Shown: positions 29,084-34,840 of the stretch, one piece after another
Position numbering within the stretch: position 1 is the first letter of the stretch
Layout: each line of letters begins with the position of its first letter
From: Anaerolineaceae bacterium
GTDB taxonomy: Bacteria > Chloroflexota > Anaerolineae > Anaerolineales > Anaerolineaceae
Reading direction: 5' to 3'
Length of the DNA: 34,840 bases
Assembly (NCBI GenBank): GCA_035466865.1
Contig: DATIUL010000112.1
Coordinates: 1 to 34,840 of the forward strand
Notes under the pieces: model-generated
The model's input: the letters and a program-made list of their open reading frames with translations, nothing else
Told to the model about the DNA's origin: nothing
Database searches by the model: none
Program-made: the position numbers and the translations under genes

Positions 29084-30652
29084 TTACTTGGCGTAACTTA
29101 CAGCCCGGGTCTCGCGGATGACGGTCACCCGAATCTGTCCTGGATACTGCATTTTTTCTTCAATCTCAGTGGCTATATCCTTGGCAATCTCATGCGCGGC
29201 CAGGTCGTCAATTTCATCCGGCTTGACAATGATGCGCACTTCGCGACCGGCCTGAATGGCAAAGCTTTGTTCCACACCGGTATGCGCGTTGGCGATTTCC
29301 TCAAGGGATTTCAGGCGCTTGATGTACTGTTCCAAATCCTCACGGCGTGCGCCGGGGCGGGCACCGGAGATGGCATCAGCGGCTTCAACAATAACAGCTT
29401 CCACTGAGGCCTGGTCCACTTCGTGATGGTGGGAGGCAATGGCGTTGCAGATTTTTAGGTTTACACCATGGCGTTTGGCAAATTCAGCACCGATGACGGC
29501 GTGAGTACCTTCCGTATTGTGGTCCATGGCTTTTCCAAGGTCGTGCAGCAAGGCACCAGCCTTGGCCACTTCCACATCAGCGCCGAGTTCTGAGGCAATC
29601 ACCGAGGCAATGCGAGAGGTTTCAACCGCGTGAGCAAGCTGGTTCTGACCATAGGATGTGCGGAACTTGAGCCGGCCGAGTTTCTTTAGAATTTCAGGGT
29701 GCAGACCATGCACATTGGCTTCGTAGGCTGCATCCGCGCCAGCTTTGGCGATGTCTTCGTCCATTAAGGCGGTTTCTTCAGCCAAAATCTTTTCGATGTA
29801 AGCAGGATGGATACGTCCATCCACAACCAGGCGCGAGAGCGTGCGGCGGGCAATTTCACGGCGGACTGAGTCAAAACAGGAGATGGTGACAGCTTCGGGG
29901 GTATCGTCCACGATGACATCAACACCGGCAACCTGCTCGAAGGAGCGGATGTTGCGGCCGTTGCGGCCAACAATGCGACCCTTCATTTCTTCATTGGGCA
30001 ATTCCACCAACGAGGTAGTTACTTCGGCAACCTTATCAGAAGCCACACGCTGAATGGCATCTGCAATCAGCTCGCGGGCTTTTTGCTGGCCTTCTTCGCG
30101 AGCTTCAGTTTCGATCTGGCGGATTATGCGGGCCATGTCGTCACGAGAGGTTTTTTCAACTTCCGCGAGCAGCTGGGCTTTAGCGTCGTCCGTGGTCAGT
30201 TCAGCCACTTTTTGCAGCTCTTGCATTTTTTGTTCGTAGATGGTGTCGATTTCGTTGGTTTTCTTATCCAGGGCTGACTGCCGGCGGTTTAGATTGGCTT
30301 CGCGTTGTTGCATGGCATCAAAGCGGTGGTCCAGTTCTTCACGGCGTTTAACCAGACGGTCATCTTCACGCGTGAGCTCAGTGCGTCTACGCTGAATATC
30401 AGTTTCCGCCTCGCGGGTCATCTTGAGGGCGGAATCTTTGGCATCCAATTCGACCTGTTTGGCTCGTTCTTCAGCCTGATTAAAAATGTCTTTGGCAGTA
30501 AGCTGGTTTTTTTCCTGCTCTGCCCGTAGTTTGGAGCGGGCACTTAGGTAGCCCACAACCAAACCAAGCACAATTCCGATGATCGCCGCCAGGATCCACA
30601 AAAGGGGGTTGCCCTGTGGTCCCAGTGGCGCGTTAAATAGGGTGTAGTTCAT
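29084..30652 (-). CDS. rny: Ribonuclease Y
   Basis: 522-aa ORF. N-terminal TM (LLWILAAIIGIVLGLVVGYL), charged coiled-coil, KH motif GRIVGRNGRNIRSFE, and HD domain (LLHDLGK). Confidence 0.9.
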   Translation of the reverse strand: MNYTLFNAPLGPQGNPLLWILAAIIGIVLGLVVGYLSARSKLRAEQEKNQLTAKDIFNQAEERAKQVELDAKDSALKMTREAETDIQRRRTELTREDDRLVKRREELDHRFDAMQQREANLNRRQSALDKKTNEIDTIYEQKMQELQKVAELTTDDAKAQLLAEVEKTSRDDMARIIRQIETEAREEGQQKARELIADAIQRVASDKVAEVTTSLVELPNEEMKGRIVGRNGRNIRSFEQVAGVDVIVDDTPEAVTISCFDSVRREIARRTLSRLVVDGRIHPAYIEKILAEETALMDEDIAKAGADAAYEANVHGLHPEILKKLGRLKFRTSYGQNQLAHAVETSRIASVIASELGADVEVAKAGALLHDLGKAMDHNTEGTHAVIGAEFAKRHGVNLKICNAIASHHHEVDQASVEAVIVEAADAISGARPGARREDLEQYIKRLKSLEEIANAHTGVEQSFAIQAGREVRIIVKPDEIDDLAAHEIAKDIATEIEEKMQYPGQIRVTVIRETRAVSYAK

Positions 30653-30670
30653 GGTGTCAAATGCTCCGTT

Positions 30671-31315
30671 TTATCGTTTGTCTTGTTCTAATTCTTGCCA
30701 TAATTGCTTGCTGGCAGCCTTGGCTGCTTCAAAATTAAATCCGCGTCTGGCAAGGGCTGCCCCTAGCTTCAACATGAAATCTTTCTTGTCCAACCTGGCA
30801 TATCGCCCGGCATGTTTGCGCCCTGCTTCCAGGGCCAAAGCATCCTCATCCAGTTGGGCATTTCCCAGGGCTTCGTCAGCAGTTTCCCGGTTGATGCCTT
30901 TCCTCAGCAGCTCAAAATATATCTGTTTCCCGCTGCGCGGACGAAATGCCACCCGATTGTTAATCCAATCCTCGGCAAAGCGTTGGTCGTTGAGATAACC
31001 TTCTTCTTGTAAACGTGCGTTCACCTGAGCAACTTGATCTGGCGAGTACCCTTTATCCTGCAGGAAGCGTTCCATCTCTTGGGAGGAACGAGCCCTGAAA
31101 CTCAACAGGTGCAGGGCACGCCGATACGCGGTCTCAAGCACATCTTTTTGTTGCAATCTGGAAATGTCTTCGGAGGAGAGGGTCTGGCCTTCTTGAAGCC
31201 AGATGGCAGTGAGGCGGTCCAGTGAAAAAGCGTATTCCCCATCCAAATGGATATTCAAACGCTCTTTATGCCGCTTCTGCGGTTCGATGGCAGTAATTTT
31301 CCGATCGACACGCAT
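30671..31315 (-). CDS. recX: RecX family regulatory protein
   Basis: 214-aa ORF with repeated helical modules, such as AYRRALHLLSFRARSSQEMERFLQDKGYS...RLQEEGYLNDQRFAEDWI. It lies 18 nt upstream of rny. Confidence 0.75.
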   Translation of the reverse strand: MRVDRKITAIEPQKRHKERLNIHLDGEYAFSLDRLTAIWLQEGQTLSSEDISRLQQKDVLETAYRRALHLLSFRARSSQEMERFLQDKGYSPDQVAQVNARLQEEGYLNDQRFAEDWINNRVAFRPRSGKQIYFELLRKGINRETADEALGNAQLDEDALALEAGRKHAGRYARLDKKDFMLKLGAALARRGFNFEAAKAASKQLWQELEQDKR

Positions 31316-31693
31316 GAAAAATCCACTCTTTCCACTGCGGCTTTGGATGGATTTTTGGGGCTTGATGAGTGAGCGCCCGGAGGATTATTGATCTTCTTTA
31401 TTAACTTGCGTTACGCAGACAAATCCTCATTTACATATGCTCCAAACGGAGCATTTATCAAAACCATCATCCGGAAATCCCGGTAAGTAAATCCAAGCCG
31501 AACCTTTTCAGGTTCATAACCGCAGAAAAACAAAAACTGCAACAATAAAATGTTAAAGAAATTATACACGAAAAAAACAAATTTACCCCCAGCCCAATTG
31601 CGCATAACCGCAGGCCGGCGTTCTTGAAATCTGCATTTCGCAGCCCGCTTACTCTTATGTTGTAGACTCTGCCGATAAATTGGCTTTGACTCA

Positions 31694-31702
31694 TGCTAAA
31701 AT
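31694..31702 (+). promoter_or_regulatory. Extended -10 element TGCTAAAAT placed to give a leaderless mRNA
   Basis: It ends 6 nt before ATG 31709, and no Shine-Dalgarno lies between them. The 9-mer and spacing are identical to those at 28341. Confidence 0.45.
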
Positions 31703-31708
31703 TGAAAT

Positions 31709-32158
31709 ATGATTCCTGAAAATGCGAAAGTAAACTCGGCCTCCAACGAACCTTATAGCCTCCATGTTCATCGTAAGGAATCGTTTTGGCAGATTACTTT
31801 TCCCATCATTTTGGCATCTTTGTTGCTCGTAATTTTGCTTGTACTGGTCCTATTATTTTCAGGTGGCTTTGGGGACAATCTGACCAGCATTGGAGCAGCA
31901 GCCGCCATATTCGTTATCCTGCCGCATTTTTTGGGCTTGCTTATCTGGCTGGCCATTCTGATAATGCTGGCAATTGGGATTAACGCATTAAAAAATAAAA
32001 TACCTGGCCAAGGGGCAGTTATCCTGGATTTTCTGAGAAGCATTCAAATTGGCACGCACAAAGTTGGCAACCTGGCAGCCCAACCGAGCATAAAAATTGC
32101 CTCGAAGTTTGCAGAGTTAAAGCAAATTATTGCCAGCCTCCAGGCGAGACTAAGATAA
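31709..32158 (+). CDS. Hypothetical membrane protein (three predicted TM helices, amphipathic C-terminus)
   Basis: 149-aa ORF with hydrophobic segments ITFPIILASLLLVILLVLVLLF, AAAIFVILPHFLGLLIWLAILIMLAIGI. No recognisable family motif. Confidence 0.55.
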   Translation: MIPENAKVNSASNEPYSLHVHRKESFWQITFPIILASLLLVILLVLVLLFSGGFGDNLTSIGAAAAIFVILPHFLGLLIWLAILIMLAIGINALKNKIPGQGAVILDFLRSIQIGTHKVGNLAAQPSIKIASKFAELKQIIASLQARLR

Positions 32159-32165
32159 GGACAAT

Positions 32166-32372
32166 ATGAACAAAAACGTCAAAATAATTACATTAATACT
32201 TGGGTCAGCGTTAGGTGCATTCCTTGGGTACAGGATGGCCGAGTCTTTTATTAAAGAATCTGAAAGTGCCCAAAGCCAATTACCCATCACGGCCTCTCAA
32301 GGCCTAAAATTGGGGTTGACGACACTTGGCGTTTTTAAGCAGCTCACCAGTATCAGTAAAGAACGCGGCTAA
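32166..32372 (+). CDS. Hypothetical small membrane-anchored protein
   Basis: 68-aa ORF, 7 nt after the previous stop. One N-terminal TM (IITLILGSALGAFLGY). Confidence 0.45.
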   Translation: MNKNVKIITLILGSALGAFLGYRMAESFIKESESAQSQLPITASQGLKLGLTTLGVFKQLTSISKERG

Positions 32373-32392
32373 AAGCCGGCATTGGAATTGCG

Positions 32393-33307
32393 TTGTTTGA
32401 ATTAGTCTTTTTAGGGACTTCTGCTTCAGCCCCCTCGATTAAGCGGGGGCTTTCTTCGTTGATTGTCAAACACGATGAACACCGTTTTATGGTGGATTGC
32501 GGAGAAGGAACCCAACGCCAGATTCTCAAGTCGGGGGTTGGTTTCAAACACCTAAATCATATTCTGCTTACGCACGGTCATCTGGATCACATCCTGGGGC
32601 TTGCCGGATTGCTATCCACTTTTATGCGCTGGGAAGCCATTGACGAAGTAAATATCTATGGCAGTTCACACACCATGGAGCGGGTTGAAGACCTGGTAAG
32701 CGGGGTTGTCTTGCGAGGGGGGAAGCCCCCCATGGCAATTAACATGCTCGATATTTCTCCCGGCCTTATTTTTCAGGCTGAAAATTTTACTGTCTCCGCT
32801 TTTCCGGTTGACCACCGCGGCTCCAGTTCGTTGGGATACCGCTTTGAAGAAGCTACGCGCCGTCCCTTCCTACCAGAAAAAGCTGAAGCCCTTGGCATTC
32901 CACCAGGACCCTGGCGGCAACATTTGGTTGAGGGGAGACCGGCTACCTTGCCTGATGGGCGATTAATCGACCCGGACGATGTGCTTGGAGAAGAAAAACC
33001 TGGTACCTGCCTGGTCGTTGTGGGCGATGTGGGTCGGCCAGAGAAGCTCCTGGATTTTGTCAGGGGGGCAGATACGCTGGTGATCGAAGCTACCTATTTG
33101 CAGGAGGAAGTGGAATTGGCTGCAGAGTTTGGCCACTCCACGGCAGAAAGCGTTGCTCACCTGGCAGCTGAAGCAGGCGTCGGCAAGCTGGTCATGACGC
33201 ATGTATCCCGCCGGTATAAAGACGAGAACGTCAACGCCGAAGCCCAGGCAATTTTCCCCAATGCCATCCTGGCTCGTGATTTTGACGTTTTCCAGGTCAA
33301 GCACTAA
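32393..33307 (+). CDS. rnz: Ribonuclease Z (tRNA 3' endonuclease)
   Basis: 304-aa ORF with TTG start. N-terminus is LVFLGTSASAPS. Motifs: LLTHGHLDH, and C-terminal MTHVS. Confidence 0.85.
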   Translation: MFELVFLGTSASAPSIKRGLSSLIVKHDEHRFMVDCGEGTQRQILKSGVGFKHLNHILLTHGHLDHILGLAGLLSTFMRWEAIDEVNIYGSSHTMERVEDLVSGVVLRGGKPPMAINMLDISPGLIFQAENFTVSAFPVDHRGSSSLGYRFEEATRRPFLPEKAEALGIPPGPWRQHLVEGRPATLPDGRLIDPDDVLGEEKPGTCLVVVGDVGRPEKLLDFVRGADTLVIEATYLQEEVELAAEFGHSTAESVAHLAAEAGVGKLVMTHVSRRYKDENVNAEAQAIFPNAILARDFDVFQVKH

Positions 33308-33328
33308 GCGGCCTTCAAAACCTGATAA

Positions 33329-34003
33329 TTGAATCATGTTAGAATCTCAGCCGTGTCTCCTGAATTTAAATTCATTTTAGCTTCCGGTTCTCCTCGTCGG
33401 AGAGAGCTCTTAACGTTGCTTGGATTGCCTTTTGAGGTCCAACCGGGCCAGATCAACGAGTCGATAAATGTTGCGGAAAAACCGCTCGATTACGTAAAAA
33501 GAATGGCAGAAGAAAAAAGCAATGCTGACATTCATTCAGATAATTCATGGGTGCTCTCAGCGGATACCATCGTTGAACACAACGGCATGGTCATTGGAAA
33601 ACCAAAGGACCCTGCCGAAGCTAAAGAAACACTCAAGGCTTTACGGGCAAAAGACCACCGCGTCATTACGGCCCTGAATTTTTCCATAGATGGGCAATCA
33701 CGTAGTGCCCAATGCCAAACCACGGTGAGTATGCGTGACTATAGCGACGATGAGATCAATAGCTACATCTTCACCAACGGCCCGATGGATAAGGCAGGTG
33801 CCTATGCCATTCAAGATGCCGCTTTCCATCCGGTGAGCAACCTGCAAGGTTGTTGGGCAAACGTGATGGGGCTTCCACTCTGCCACCTTCATAAACTGAT
33901 GCGCCAATCCGGACTTGAAACCGAACCTGGCATCGCTGAACGCTGTCAAAGCTACCTGGGAATCGAGTGCCCGGTATTTGCTGAAATATTGAATGAGGCC
34001 TGA
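33329..34003 (+). CDS. maf: Maf-like nucleoside triphosphate pyrophosphatase with a Cys-containing C-terminal extension
   Basis: Motifs ILASGSPRRRELL and KAGAYAIQD. The start is uncertain (TTG 33329 or GTG 33353). Confidence 0.8.
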   Translation: MNHVRISAVSPEFKFILASGSPRRRELLTLLGLPFEVQPGQINESINVAEKPLDYVKRMAEEKSNADIHSDNSWVLSADTIVEHNGMVIGKPKDPAEAKETLKALRAKDHRVITALNFSIDGQSRSAQCQTTVSMRDYSDDEINSYIFTNGPMDKAGAYAIQDAAFHPVSNLQGCWANVMGLPLCHLHKLMRQSGLETEPGIAERCQSYLGIECPVFAEILNEA

Positions 34004-34004
34004 A

Positions 34005-34840
34005 ATGAAAAAGCCTTTCCTTGTTTTGCTGGCGGCTATGCTCCTTCTGGGGGCTTGCGCCAGGGCAACACCCACTGCGCAACCTACCCAAGCACAAGTT
34101 ACTGAGGCCGTATTACCTACGCCTATTGTTGAGGTTAACTCAAAATATGCTGAAGTGGACGAGTTCGTACGCACCTATTTGGCCGCCTGGAAAGCAGAAC
34201 ATTATCCCGATTTGTATACCATGCTCAGCCAGGAAACCAAGAACGGACTGACTGAAGAGTCTTTTGAGCAGCGCCATCGCAATGCTTACGATGCCATGAC
34301 CCTCAAAGCGATGGAAATTCAGCAACTTTCCAGTATTGTCAGCCCAGGCGTTTCCGCCCAGGTCGCCCTCAAAATCAAGTACGCCACCAACCTTTTTGGA
34401 AATCTTGAACGAGACTCCCTGATGGACCTTGTTTACGAGGATAATGGCTGGAAGGTGAAGTGGAACGACGGCATGCTCATGACTGAGCTGAAGGACGGCA
34501 ACACTCTTTACGTAGATTACCAGGTGCCTGCCAGAGGTAACATTTATGATAATAAAGGCTACGCTCTGGTTTCTCAGAGTGAAGCGGTTTCTTTAGGTGT
34601 TGTTCCAGGCCGAGTTGACGTGGAAACTGAAGGGGAAATGCTTAGCTTGCTTTCCACGCTTACCGGTTACGATACCGACACGATCAAGGGCATGTATGCA
34701 AGCGCCAACCCGGATTGGTACATCGCCATTGGTGATGTAGCTGCATCAGAAGCTCAGAAGTACTCCGGCCAACTTAATTCGTTTGCCGGGATAGTAGTTG
34801 ACACATTCAAGGCGCGTTACTATGTTGATAACGGTATTGC
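34005..34840 (+). CDS. Penicillin-binding protein (PBP2/MrdA-like), 5' portion running off the window
   Basis: Not in the ORF track because no stop lies in the window. ATG 34005 is 1 nt after the maf stop. Signal peptide with lipobox (LLLGAC). An NTF2-like N-domain (YLAAWKAEHYPDLY...DNGWKVKW) precedes the PBP dimerisation-domain start (ARGNIYDNKGYALV). Confidence 0.7.
   Translation, partial: MKKPFLVLLAAMLLLGACARATPTAQPTQAQVTEAVLPTPIVEVNSKYAEVDEFVRTYLAAWKAEHYPDLYTMLSQETKNGLTEESFEQRHRNAYDAMTLKAMEIQQLSSIVSPGVSAQVALKIKYATNLFGNLERDSLMDLVYEDNGWKVKWNDGMLMTELKDGNTLYVDYQVPARGNIYDNKGYALVSQSEAVSLGVVPGRVDVETEGEMLSLLSTLTGYDTDTIKGMYASANPDWYIAIGDVAASEAQKYSGQLNSFAGIVVDTFKARYYVDNGI

Noticed and set aside
31500-31515. 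GAACC-N6-GGTTC read as a LexA (Cheo-type) SOS box upstream of recX
   Set aside because: The Gram-positive-type box is GAAC-N4-GTTC, whereas this one has N8 spacing between GAAC and GTTC. It also lies about 185 nt from the start codon, so it is kept only as a hairpin.
31411-31694. Minus-strand ORFs of 64 aa and 75 aa upstream of recX
   Set aside because: Their Phe/Leu-rich 'hydrophobic' sequences arise from translating a T-rich strand. They have no start context and mutually overlapping frames.

Overview
Gene-dense 34.8-kb chromosomal segment, mostly plus-strand, with very short or overlapping gene junctions (operons). All protein calls come from motifs read in the supplied translations; no homology search or computation was run. 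Order of content: (1) 1-7454, a peptide-catabolism block with three tandem M42 (TET-type) aminopeptidase paralogs, an orphan solute-binding lipoprotein, a 112-aa membrane protein, an M24 Xaa-Pro-type peptidase and an MFS carrier. (2) 7672-20650, a LacI-regulated oligosaccharide locus with a family-5 binding protein, two permeases, two ATPases, a YdjC/ChbG-type deacetylase, a GH2 beta-mannosidase-like enzyme and a GH3 beta-glucosidase-like enzyme. (3) 21025-27944, an envelope and export block with an MsbA-like half-transporter, PadR plus a MacB/FtsX-type ABC pair, and a convergent CPBP protease plus small lipoprotein pair. (4) 28356-34840, housekeeping genes: MBL hydrolase, rny, recX, two small membrane proteins, rnz, maf and the 5' part of a PBP2-like gene. 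I saw no rRNA, tRNA, CRISPR array, transposase, integrase or recognisable defence or toxin genes. Lipobox lipoproteins with Pro/Thr/Ala/Val linkers and Opp-type sugar transporters suggest a monoderm-like lineage such as Chloroflexota/Anaerolineae, but this is only a guess. I cannot point to a convincing new multi-gene system. The parts least explained by ordinary annotation are the orphan binding protein plus microprotein module, the CPBP-lipoprotein pair beside the PadR-ABC unit, two unusually long non-coding gaps (27945-28320 and 31316-31693), and a recurring TGCTAAAAT extended -10 element that predicts two leaderless mRNAs.
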